DNA of 39,411 nucleotides from Malacoraja senta (Eukaryota): positions 24,590 through 64,000 of the forward strand of contig JAXLNO010002288.1 in assembly GCA_038087875.1 (NCBI GenBank), given 5' to 3'. The translations under genes were made by a program, and so were the position numbers. Below the pieces are notes generated by a model that worked only from the letters and a program-made list of their open reading frames with translations, did not search any database and was not told the origin of the DNA. Positions 1-10,960 of this stretch are shown here, in pieces. The first letter of the stretch is position 1. Each line of letters opens with the position of its first letter.

Positions 1-402
1 CTTAACTGGTACATGTGACAATAAACTGACCTTGAAACCTTGAACCTTGACCCGCTGACTTGAGCACTTAAGCACTTTGTGTCTTTTTTTCCTGGTAAGT
101 GATGGGTGGATATAGGTGAGGGGAGGTTTTGATTAGCAGATAGTTGGATAAAGACCAGAGACAAAAAGAGTGAGATAAGGGGATAAGGCTAAAAGATGTG
201 AGAATTGTGAAGCCAGAAGAAGGAATGTTGGTGGAAGGGGTCGGGGAAGGGGGGGGAGAGAGAGATTGGTGCATGTCAATCAAACCTCTATAACGTGGTG
301 CCAGGTGGACATTGATATTGCTGTAGCAATGCTGTGTGTACTGAGATATAGTGAAAACTTTAATTTGCATGCTACCCTGGTAGATTGCATCATATGTGAG
401 TG

Positions 403-770
403 CAACTGGTGTAATCTAATGGAGATGTATAAAACCATAAGGGGAATAGATAGGGTGAGTGCACATGCACAGAGTCTTTTACGTAGCGTAGGGGAATCAA
501 GAACCAGAGGACATAGGTGAAGGGGAAAAGATTTAAAAGGGGTAACTTTTTCACGCAAAGGGAGGTGTGTGTATGGAATGAGCTGCCAGAGGCGGTAGTT
601 GAGGCAGGTAGTCTAACAGCATTTATAAGACATTTGGGCAGGTACATGGATAGGGAAAGTGTGGAGGGGTATGGGGCAAATGCGGGCAAATGGGACTAGC
701 TTAGATGGGTCATCTTGGTCGGCATGGAGGAGTTGGTCCAAAGGGCCTGTTTCCCTACTGCACCACTGTA
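403..770 (+). mobile_element. CR1/HER1 LINE 3' fragment
   Basis: FFTQREVCVWNELPEAVVEAG... C-terminal remnant and GGGCCTGTTTCC tail. Confidence 0.8.
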
Positions 771-956
771 CAACAGGCAATGTAAAAGAGAAATTAAGCA
801 GAGTGCAAAAGATAGTGTTGCAGCAACAGAGGAATAGTGAAGCTTACAACACAGTGACACCCACCCCTCACCTCCCATTTCTGCCTGTCCCCACCACTGC
901 CCCTCTCCAGCACCTCTATTTGAAATCATGAGATCTGACTTGACTTTGATGCTGAA

Positions 957-1167
957 GATAGACACAAAATGCTGGAGTAACTCGGCGGGACAGGCAGCGT
1001 CTCCAGAGAGAAGGAATGTGTGATGTTTTGGGTCGAGACCCTTCTTCAGACTGACCCAGAGCTCGACCCAAAACATCACACATTCCTTCTCTCTGATGCT
1101 GCCTGACCTGCTGAGTTACTCCAGCATTTTGTATCTATCTTCGGTTTAAACCAGCATCTGCAGTTCC
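957..1167. repeat. Penelope pLTR-derived fold-back repeat
   Basis: ~95-bp arm GATAGACACAAAATGCTGGAG...TTCAGACTG followed by its inverse. Confidence 0.75.
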
Positions 1168-1459
1168 GCCATGTTCCATGGCAGTGGTTACTACATGGGC
1201 TCCAACAGGAAGGACATGAACTCTAGGTTCAGTCTCCATTAATGCATCTGAAGAAGAATCATCAATAACAACTGGTTAATATCATCCTGAAGCCTACAAC
1301 TATCCCCTACACTATTAGCAACACCACCATAGAGTCATACAGCACAGAAATAGGACCTTCAGCCCAACTTGTCCAAGCCATCCAAGATGCCCCATCTAAG
1401 CTAGTCCCACCTGCCTGCATTTGGTGCAAATCCCTACAAACCTTTCTATCCATGTATCT

Positions 1460-1781
1460 TAGTTTAGTTTAGTTTGGAGATGCAGAGCGGAAATAGGCCC
1501 TTCGGCCCTCTGTGTCCGTGCCAACCAGCGCTCCCCGCACATTCACACTATCCTACACCCATTTGGGACAACTTGTCATTTACCAGGCCAATTAACCTAC
1601 AGACCTGTACATCTTTGGGGTGTGGGAGGAAACCGAAGATCTTGGAGAAAACCCACGCAGGTCACGGGGAGAACGTACAAACTCCGTACAGACAGCACCC
1701 TTAGTCGGGATCGAACCCGGGTCTCCGGCGCTGCATTCGCTGTAGGACTCTGTATGGCAGCAACTCTACCGCTGCGCCACC
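1460..1781 (-). mobile_element. HE1-like tRNA-derived V-SINE
   Basis: A box TGGCGCAGCGG, B box GGTTCGATCC, V-domain, CR1-type tail GGGCCGAAGGGCC, (TAAAC)n end; splits a CR1 fragment. Confidence 0.85.
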
Positions 1782-2019
1782 ATCTTATAAACTGTCTTTT
1801 AATCTGTCTTTTAAACGTTATAGTACCTGCCTCAACTACCTCCTCTGGCAGCTCGTTCCATATACCCACCACCCTCTGTGTGAAAAAGTTCCGACCTGAA
1901 ATGTCACCTATTCCTTTTCTCTAAAGATGCTGTCTGACCCACTGAGTTACTCCAGCATTTTGTGTCTATCTTTGGTGTAAACCGGCATCTGCAGTTCATT
2001 CCTACATGTTTTTGCAATA

Positions 2020-2745
2020 TATTTTGCAACATACGAGGAATTTGATTTGCCATACAGTCATACCAATAAAAGGCAACAAAGCACACAAATACATTTTAAC
2101 ATCCACCACTGTGACTCCTCCACATTCTTCACTGTGATGGAAGGCGAAAAAATGTTCAATCTCTTCCCTTCTTTGTTCTTCCGCGGTCGGGGGCCTCGAG
2201 CCTTCCGTTGACGGGGCGATCTTGGCTCCCGTAGACGCCGGCGTTTGGGCCCTCGCATCGAGGCGATCAAGCTCCTGCCATGGGGGGGGGGATCTCAGCT
2301 CCCCCGCGCCGGGCGAATGGACGTCGGGGCTGGTCGAAACCTTCTGCGTCCTTTGGAGTTTCCCGACATCGGCCTCTACCCGGGACTGCGAGCTCCTCGA
2401 TGGTGAAATCTGCAGGCTGCGGTTGGAGTGTCGATCCCAGGCAAGGGATCGGCTCCGATAGTAAGTCCACAGCCCCGCGGTAGGGCTCAAAGTCAGTCCC
2501 GAGCGGGGCCTCCAGCTCCATGATGTTAGGCGACTGGAGGTACCATCCGGAAAACAATCGCATCTCCGGCAAGGTAAGAGATTGAGAAAAAGTTTCCCCC
2601 GACCCCCTCCCTCACCCCCCACATAAAACAAACCAGAGAACATTAACACAAACTTTTAATACACACTAAAAAAAAAACTTTAAAAAAAGACGAAAAGACA
2701 GACAGTCTGTTGGCGAGGCTGCCATTGCTGATGGCCCTACACATG
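2020..2745 (-). mobile_element. Unclassified ~600-720 bp GC-rich dispersed element (family X)
   Basis: Homologous to 3652-4262, 17850-18565 and 34133-35035 (shared GCCTTCCATCACAGT..GGAATGTGG). Confidence 0.7.
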
Positions 2746-3348
2746 TAACAGTGCTGCACTCTGTACTGACTACAAAATGGTCTTCAATCACGTATCCAAG
2801 ATACTTCAATAGCACCTCATCAATGATACACAAAGTTGTACCTAGCTGGTAATGGTACACAGTGCTCCCACTGTGAAGGAACTGCAGATGCTGGTTTATA
2901 CCAAAGATAGACACAAAATGCTGGAGTAAATCAGCGGGTCAGGCAGCATCTCTGGAGAAAAGAAATAGGGTGACCTTTCGGGTGAGAACCCTTTTTCAGA
3001 CTGTTGTCCGAAGAAGGGCTCTGACCCGAAACGTCACCTATTCCTTTTTTCCAGAGATGCTGTGTTACTGCAGCACTTTGTGGCTCCCACTGTCATGTTG
3101 GTGTTGGAGGCAATGAGTCTTTTGGCATTTAAGAGACTGGGCATTAAAGAGATGTTTTTAGGTAGGCACATGTGGTAAGGAGGGATATGGATCATGCACA
3201 CTTGCTCCACTCACCAACACATCCATAATGTCTCATCATCACCATCCCACCCAGTTAAGCCCATTATCTTTCTTTCCTCACATTTGATCACTCCTTTCCC
3301 ACAGCCTCATCAGTAATATATCAAATTCATCAGAAATGCAGCATCCAC

Positions 3349-3540
3349 CCGTGGTTTATAACCTTTTTGGCACCAGTACGCGTATACGCGAACAAAATAC
3401 TGTATGTGATATGTACCTTTGTTAGGTTCCTAAACATGGGCACAGCAAATTGATATGTTATTTGTGTCCCCTTCATGACCCCCGGCAAAGCCCCAAACGA
3501 CCCCCATAGGGGGTCATGACCCCCAGGTTGAGAACCACTG
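3349..3540. mobile_element. hAT-Charlie-like MITE (degraded)
   Basis: Ends CCGTGGTTTATAACCT ... AGGTTGAGAACCACTG resemble CAGTGGTTCTCAACCT TIR; no TSD left. Confidence 0.6.
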
Positions 3541-3612
3541 ACACAGGATCAGTAAAACAGACACCATCTAGATAGATCATCGTAGACCATTAACAGTGGT
3601 GTAACTAATAGA

Positions 3613-4520
3613 CCTGTTGCCTCACAGCGCCAGAGACCCGGGTTCCATCCTGCTTCGCCAACAGTCCTTTCTTTCCTTTGTGTTTAATAGTATGTGTTAA
3701 ATGTATGTTTTTTAGTGTTCTTTACCTTGTTTATGTGGGGGGGTGGTGGGGGAAACCTTTTCTAATCTCTTACCTCGACGGAGATGTGATTTTTTTTCCC
3801 GCATTGTATCTCCGTCCGCACTGCGGCCTAACATTGAGGAGTTGGCAGCCATTGCTGGAGACCATTTTGAGCGCTGCCGATTTTAACATCACGGATCTCG
3901 TGATCCCTTTGCCAAGGATTGACCTCGGTGCTCCAACCGTGGATGCTTGTGGACTTACCATCACGCAGCCCGCGGTCTCTCGTCACAGACCGACTTCGGG
4001 GACCCCAAACCGCGGGAGTTTCAACCGCCCCGACGCGGGAGTTTCAATCGCCCCAACCGCGAGAGAATAAAGAGGAAGATGTGTGGACTTTTTTGCCTTC
4101 CATCACAGTAAGGAATGTGGGGAATCTGCTGTGGTGGATGTTTATGTTAACTTTTATGTAGTTGTGTGTCTTGATGCTTTTTTTTCCGTATGGTTGTATG
4201 GTAATTCACACATCACTGTACTTTAATTGGTACACGTGACAATAAAAGACCTGTGAAACCTCTGACCTTTGGTGCTGTTTGTGCAGTTTGCATTTTCTCC
4301 CAGTGACCACGTGGGTTTCCTCTGGGTGCTCTGGATTCCTCCATATCCCGAAGACATGCAGGTTTGTAGGTTAATTGGTCCTCTGTAAATTCCCCCCAGT
4401 GTGTAGGAAGTTGATGCGAAAGTGGGATAAAATAGAGCTAGCGTGAATGGGTGTGTGACGGTCAACATGGAGTCGGTGGGCCAAAGGGCCTATTTCCATG
4501 CTGTATCTCTAAACTAAAAT
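3613..4520 (+). mobile_element. HE1-like SINE interrupted by an unclassified element (3652-~4262)
   Basis: Head GCCTCACAGCGCCAGAGACCCGGGTTCCATCCTG at 3613-3651 resumes as CTGACCTTTGGTGCTG at ~4262. Confidence 0.75.
3652..4262 (+). mobile_element. Family X element inserted in HE1-like SINE
   Basis: Starts CTTCGCCAACAG; ends GGTACACGTGACAATAAA. Confidence 0.7.
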
Positions 4521-4879
4521 AAACTCTCAACTTCTCTACGCCACAGGGTATCAGAAGTCATACCAAATTCTATACATCATCCTTAAAGGTATATACACTC
4601 ACAATATGTACTACACACTTTGTGCTGATTAAAATGTTTTGGAAGGAACTGCAGCTGCTGGTTTAAATCGGTTAGACACAAAAAGCTGGAGTAACTCAGT
4701 GGGTCAGACAACATTTTGTTGATTGGCAAGTATCATAGTCATAGAGTGATACAGTGTGGAAACAGGCCCTTCGGCCCAACTTGCCCACACCGGCCAACAT
4801 ATTCAAACTATAGGGAGGTTGCACGTAGTCGAGGTCACGACCCGTTGCCATGCAACGCCAACTGGAGTACACGCAGCAA

Positions 4880-6150
4880 GGAAGAGGTTGGGGTGTCAGT
4901 GCAGCGCGGTCAGTTACTCTGGGTGGGCGGAGGGTGCAGACCGTCCCCAACTCTGCTGCAGCTGACGTTGCCTGGAGCTGTGGCACCCCTCCACACGGCC
5001 CCGGCCCCGGCCCCGCTCCACCCCAGCCCCGCTCGGCCCCGGCCCCGGCCCCGTGTGTGGGCACTGCCGACCCACAGCCCCGTGACAGTGCGGCCCACAG
5101 AGGGAGACGGGGCGGAGGGCAGCCGTGGCCGGACAGCGCTGACCCCAGGGGGAGAGTGGGGGCTGTCACGAGGGATGTCCACCTTCGGCCGCTTACACCT
5201 TGGTGCTCGGGTTCAGAGCAAACCTTCCCGCCTTCAATGACAGCACCCACAAATATTTACAGCACAATAAATGACAATTTTGAACAGGTAAGAAGGTATG
5301 CGTTTCGTGTGTTAACAGTGTATGCCGGAAGCTGCCATGTCCTCCACATGGATTGAGCTGCTCCGTGCGTCACGCCCTTTGACCCGATTACCTTACGTGC
5401 AACCCCCCTATACTCATCTATGTAAACCAGCATCTGCAGTTCCTTCCTACATGTTTTGTAAACCTCTCTGGCCATCTTTCTGGCCTGTGTTTGGTCCATA
5501 TCCCTCCAAACCTGTCCGTTCCATGTACATTACATTTTACATGATCAAAATATGGCAATTCGCGACGTGCGAGGTCTGGTTACGGGGTAATTGGAGTGTC
5601 AATTAACACATATTGCTGTCGGAGTCTTTCAATTGTAACTTTGCAGCAGTCACAGGCTGAAGACAGGTTGAGCTCTGCGGAACAACCCTTGTCCACAGGG
5701 TTCTTTACATGGGATGCATTGCAACCAGCAAATGTTACCACCTTCCACTATAAGGTTATTTATATATAAGTTACTGTCTGTGTCTGTTCTTGGGTGTAAA
5801 CCAGCAGTGTGTGGGAATCCTTGCAATGCATGTTTATTCCGTTGGCGACGACCGACGAGGGATTGTCCCCGGGACGTTGACAAGTAGGGGAAGCGCGCGC
5901 CCCCGTGTTGAGGTGGGGCGCGTGCACGCGCACGGAAGGCGGGGAGCGGCGGGAGCGCGCTTGACGTGCCCGTGCCCGTGCCCGCGCGCTCTCCAGGCGC
6001 GTCCCCTCTCCAGTCTGCGGCCTGCGCAACCGGGCCAGGCCTCGGGCTCGCCTTCACCCCCTCGCCCGGAGGAGGCGGCTGCACGCCGGCTCACCTTCCC
6101 CGGTACAGCATTCTTTCTCCTGAATGTACGTCCCCTCTCCTTTTTATATA
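4880..6150. promoter_or_regulatory. Bipartite CpG island / probable bidirectional promoter of POLM
   Basis: GC/CpG-rich blocks ~4900-5200 and ~5840-6110 just upstream of POLM ATG; ETS-like CCGGAAG next to YY1-like GCCAT (~5324-5339), CRE-like TGCGTCA (~5366) and TGACGT (~5962), GC boxes, NRF1-like GCGTGCACGCGC. Confidence 0.7.
4997..5052 (-). repeat. (GGGGCC)3-spacer-(GGGGCC)3 G-rich repeat
   Basis: GGCCCC x3 at 4997-5014 and 5035-5052 on + strand with extra CCCC tracts between. Confidence 0.85.
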
Positions 6151-6289
6151 ATTAACACCTTTCATTTGTTAAATTTGTTAACTCCTACTTTTGGCTGTTA
6201 CCCGCAATCAAATTCCACATTGTAATAATTAAATGTAACTTTTTTTGTTAAATGTGACTTTTCTGTTAAATATTTTCTGTTCAATTTTA

Positions 6290-6600
6290 GAGGCAGGAAA
6301 ATTGTTCCCCATGTTGGGGAGTCCAGAACCAGGGGTCACAGTTTCAGAATAAGGGGTCGGCCATTTAGGACTGAGATGAGGAAAAACCTTTGTGAATCTG
6401 TGGAATTCTCTGCCACAGAAGGCAGTGGAGGCCAATTCACTGGATGTTTTCAAGAAAAGAGTTAGATTTAGCTCTTAGGGCTAAAGGGATAGGGGAAGAA
6501 AGCAGGAACGGGGTACTGATTCTGGATGATCAGCCATGATCATATTGAAGCTGGCTTGAAGGGCCGAATGGCCTACTCCTGCACCTATTTTCTATGTTTT
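6290..6600 (+). mobile_element. CR1/HER1 LINE 3' fragment
   Basis: GESRTRGHS-type remnant, GGCCGAATGGCCTACTCCTGCACCTATTTTCTATG tail. Confidence 0.8.
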
Positions 6601-7025
6601 CCTTGTCAACTATGTTAACTTTTATCTTAAATTTCGCTCAGGACATTGAGTCCATGTTGACACCATATTTCTCCAGTAATTGGCCTGTTTTATCTGCTAA
6701 ATGTTACCCCCTGACCTTTGCCATGTTGCCTTCCCCAGCTTATTTAAAATTTTTAATTAATATTAATTAACGTAGTTGACAAGGAAACAGATGCGGCAAA
6801 GTAGAAAAGTTAAGTAATAACTATAATGTGGAATTTGATGGAAGGAAATGTGAAGGGCAACAGGGTCAAAATCAGGAGTTAAGTTTTACAATAAAACTTG
6901 TCAATCATAGAAAGTTAATCTGGTTAAGTTTCACTCCTGATATTGACCCAGTTGCTATCCTTATTTCGATGTTAACTGTTGTCCTACCATTTTCTCCCTC
7001 AGGTTCCCTTGCCTTGCCCGCAACC

Positions 7026-7237
7026 ATGGCGCTGATGCCTCGTAAGAAGAGGTGTAAAGATGTACCGGTGACTACTGTATACGACGGCTCTTTGGATGGA
7101 AACAGCCCAGTTGGCAAGAAGGTCAAGTTTGGTGATGTTGGTGTATTTCTGGTCGAGAGGAGGATGGGGTCAAGCAGGAGAAGGTTCCTGACGGAGCTCG
7201 CTTGGAAAAAGGGGTTTCGCGTGGAAGAGCAGATGAG
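7026..7237 (+). CDS. POLM: DNA polymerase mu, coding exon 1 (NLS + start of BRCT)
   Basis: Kozak caaccATGG at 7026; MALMPRKKR...FGDVGVFLVERRMGSSRRRFLTELAWKKGFRVEEQM matches Pol mu/TdT BRCT start; donor AG|GTGAGT at 7238; acceptor-like ttttctccctcAG at 7001-7002 upstream of ATG. Confidence 0.95.
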
Positions 7238-9216
7238 GTGAGTGGGCTAGAGTTGTACCTGACTCTAGAACCTGACAAACTTGAAATAAGCTGAACAGTA
7301 AATTTAACACAACTTAGGACAAATGTAATGAAACTCCAAAAAGAAGACACTTAGTGTTGGTGTAATTTAATGGGCCAGGCAGCATCTCTGTTAGGCTGGA
7401 GAAGGTGAAACGTCACCTAAAGGTCAGGCGGATTGAGGCTTTAGGGGGAGCCCACCAAGTCAGAGTCCAGGAGCAAGCTGGTCCCCTGCTCATTGGACCC
7501 GACGGGCCGCCGGCCTGGAAGGAGGAGACCACCGTGTCATCACCTATTTGTCCATCGGAGACTGGGAGGATGGAGCCAGTGACGACAGGCGAGGAGCAGG
7601 ATCAGTAGGAGAGGAGAGGGGACCAGGGTCTGGCCTACCGAGCCCTCATGGTCGGCTACGGCAGGCAGGCACCCTGTGGAACAAAGATGGACAGGCGAGT
7701 AGAGGGACATGCCGTCCAAGGAAGGAGACAGCTGGAGGCCCGCAGCCGCCTGGGACTTGCCTAGAACAGACACCGCTTATGAAGCCTAGAGCGTGGACTT
7801 TGGAAATGGCGCCAAAACATGGTGCCTCTTGCAAGCGGGGCCTGTAGACTGTTTTCATACACTTGCCAATCAGGGGTATGGCAATACTCTACTGGACTGT
7901 TTGTAAGGAAAATAATTTCCCTGTGTTCGCAATTCGCACACGAGACAATAAAAAAGCACCATTGAACCATGTTCTCCAGAGATGCTGCCTCACCCACTGA
8001 GCGACGCCAGCACTCTTGTCTTTTTTTTGTAAACCAGCATCTGCAATTCCTTGTGTCTAATGAAATGCCAACTGTTTTGTGAGATGGGCAATGCGGAAGA
8101 AGCAAATATTAAGTACTTTTCTTTTACAGGAGACAATAGCATATGTTTAAGAAGGAACTGCAGATGCTGGTTTAAAGCGAAGATAGACACAACAAGCTGG
8201 AGTAACTCAGCGGGACAGGCAGCATCTCTGGAGAGAAGGAATGATCAGTCTGAAGAAGGGTCTTGCTCCGAAACGTCTCCCATTCCTTCTTTCCAGAGAT
8301 GCTGAGTTACTCCAGTTTTTATTTCTATCTATGGCAAATGTTTAAGCAGTTTGGATGTTTTTTGTAACCAAAGCAAAATCTTCCAGTTGCTGGAAATCTG
8401 AAATTAAAAACAGAAAATGCTGAAATGACTCTAGTGTTTTCTTTATTTATTTGAAGTATTTTTCATTTCCTGGCCATGAGTATTTATTGTCCAGACTTAA
8501 TTAGCCTTGTGAAGGTAGTAGTGAGTAACACTTTCAAAATAAGTACATTCCTGGTGAAGGGTCTTGGATGGGTGTTCAAGGCTTTAGAGCCAACAACCAA
8601 GGATGTATTTCCAAGGCATATGATGTTTTGGAGGAAAATTTACAGATGCAAAGCATCTGAGAAGCAAAAATGGAAAGGTTTAGGATGGCATTTGCAGGAT
8701 AATGGTATAAAGGTCTTCCACTGATTAATGTCAGTTGGTGATCCAGATAACCTGGAGATATTAAGATACAAGGAACTGCAGATGCTCAAATCTTGAGCAA
8801 AACACAAAGTGTTGAAATAACTCAGCAGGTCAGGCAGCATCTGTGAGGGGATAAACAGATGATGTTTTGGGTCGGGACCCTTCTTCATTTGTCTTTTTCT
8901 CCCACAGATACCGTCTGACCCACTGAGTTATTCGAGCACTTTGTATTTTGACCAGGAGATATAAATAGGGTTGCAGAGCTGAAAAAAGCAAGATAAAGAA
9001 AAATCGAGGCAAATTTTGAAATCAATATATAAAGGGAATGGAGGACCATCAGAATCTGGCTAAAGCATAGCGTAGTAGTGTATGAGTTCGTACAGAATTA
9101 GCTTATAGTTTACCAAAGGAAGATGAGGCTTCTGTGTTTTTTATGGTGTAAACTTTAGATGTGGAGAGGATGTTTCCACTAGTTGGAGAGTCGAGGACTA
9201 GAGGTCATAGCCTCAG

Positions 9217-9600
9217 AATAAGCGAGTTTGGTATTCCGAAAAATGCAAGGAATCATGGGATTTGTCAAAGGTCACAAGCGATAAAAACTCTTGGCAGCCG
9301 TGCCGCGGCATGGACATAGACCTGTGCCTCATCTGCAGCCAGGATCGATCCCAGGTCTCCGGCGCCGCAATCGCTGCCGAACCACCACTGGACCATCCCC
9401 GTCCCCTCCCGAGTGCCCCCCACGTCCGGGGGTGGCCAGAGACGTCGGGAGTCAGACGGGAGCATCGCCCCCAGGCAGCGCAGAGAGGCAGCACTAAATC
9501 CAGCTCAAGTCTGCCTGTTAACCTACCAGCCCTGCCTGGACTTACGGGACACCAGCCTGGAGCCGTGGAGTTAGCCCTGCTTCTCTGCGCTGGCTGTAAT
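9217..9600. repeat. Unclassified GC-rich repeat (family Y), copy 1
   Basis: Shares AATAAGCGAGTTYGGTATTCCGA start and several internal blocks with 10557-10960; inserted in a CR1 fragment. Confidence 0.55.
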
Positions 9601-9784
9601 TCTCTCAAGGCTGTGGAGGCCATCAGTGGATATTTTTCAGGCGGTTGTCAGGGGTTATGAGGAGAAAGCAGGAGAATGGGGTTAGGAGGGAGAGATAGAT
9701 CAGCCATGATTGAATGGCAGAGCAGACCTGATGGGTGGAATGGCCCAATTCTGCTCCTATCAATCACATTGCACCATCATTGTA

Positions 9785-10162
9785 AAGGGGTTGAGGGGTT
9801 CTTAAGGGGTTGGACAGGCTAGATGCAGGAAGATTGCTCCCGATGTTGGGGAAGTCCAGGACAAGGGGTCACAGCTTAAGGATAAGGGGGAAATCCTTTA
9901 AAACCGAGATGAGAAGAACTTTTTTCACACAGAGAGTGGTGAATCTCTGGAACTCTCTGCCACAGAGGGTAGTCGAGGCCAGTTCATTGGCTATATTTAA
10001 GAGGGAGTTAGATGTGGCCCTTGTGGCTAAAGGGATCAGACGGTATGGAGAGAAGGCAGGTACGGGATACTGAGTTGGATGATCAGCCATGATCATATTG
10101 AATGGCGGTGCAGGCTCGAAGGGCCGAATGGCCTACTCCTGCACCTAATTTCTATGTTTCTA
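9785..10162 (+). mobile_element. CR1/HER1 LINE 3' fragment
   Basis: ORF 9810-10073 is the CR1 ORF2 C-terminus. Confidence 0.85.
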
Positions 10163-10556
10163 TTAACAATAAACTCATTCTGTGATTTTACCATTCTCTT
10201 ATGGAAAATTGTTTTGCCTACAATCATGAAAGCAGTTTGTAAACTAAAAGCAGTTTACTATCATGGAGGAAAAGGCAACTATCCCAGGCTTTGAAAGATT
10301 CACTGCACTGTCGCGGGAATAAAGGAAATGAAATATTGAGAAATTGGAAGCCTATGCATGCTGCAGCAGGTTGCAAAGTGTGACATAACATGATGCAAAG
10401 CACATGATTATCTTATGATTTGTTAAACACATGTGAAACACGGAAATGTCTCTGCAATATATTATTTCTGTAAAGCTGACAAAGATAGAAACGGTTTTGT
10501 TATTCAAGCGAAATATGAGGTGCTGTTCCTCCACTTTGTGTTGGGCCTCACTCTGA

Positions 10557-10960
10557 CAATAAGCGAGTTCGGTATTCCGACTGCACATGCCCATGTCATA
10601 GGTCACTTGCTATAAACAGTCTGGGCAACTGTGGTGCTGCGTTGTGTGCAGGCCTACGTATCGTGGTCCGGCCTGGCTCTCCGGCGCTGTGTGCGCAGAG
10701 TTGCTGCTGGGCCCCGTCCCTGACCGGAGGTGTCCGGGGTGGCACTGGGCTGGCGGGGCGGCCCCGGTCTTGCAGCTGGTGCTGCAGCCGCTGGCTCCAG
10801 CTCGGCTCTGCCTGTCCCGCCGGGTTGGCCGGCAGCCATGCACTGGTGGGGTCGGGCCTTGCTCACTGGCGCTGCAGGCGCTGTGGAGTTGCTGCTGGGG
10901 CCGTGCCCATCCCCTTCTGGGTGTCCCATCCGTGTCCGCTTCCCTCTGTCTTCCTATCAC
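10557..10960. repeat. Unclassified GC-rich repeat (family Y), copy 2
   Basis: As above; abuts a Penelope GIY-YIG remnant (10505-10556). Confidence 0.55.

Noticed and set aside
1170-1320. Possible minus-strand coding exon (MILTSCIDDSS...)
   Set aside because: Overlaps LQDDI-like CR1 RT remnant; weak splice signals; no homology recognised.
4696-6155. Several 60-184 aa ORFs in the CpG island
   Set aside because: Low-complexity G/P/A/R products typical of stop-poor GC-rich DNA; no recognisable protein. Minus-strand MAASGIHC stops after 8 codons, so no match to AEBP1 or other neighbours.
6828-7025. N-terminal extension of ORF 6828-7241
   Set aside because: No homology, spans a polypyrimidine/AG acceptor; the strong Kozak ATG is at 7026.
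7400-7860. GC-rich block with AAATGGCGCCAAAACATGG in intron 1 as an alternative exon or promoter
   Set aside because: No consistent ORF or splice pair; more likely a repeat 5' fragment but cannot be classified.
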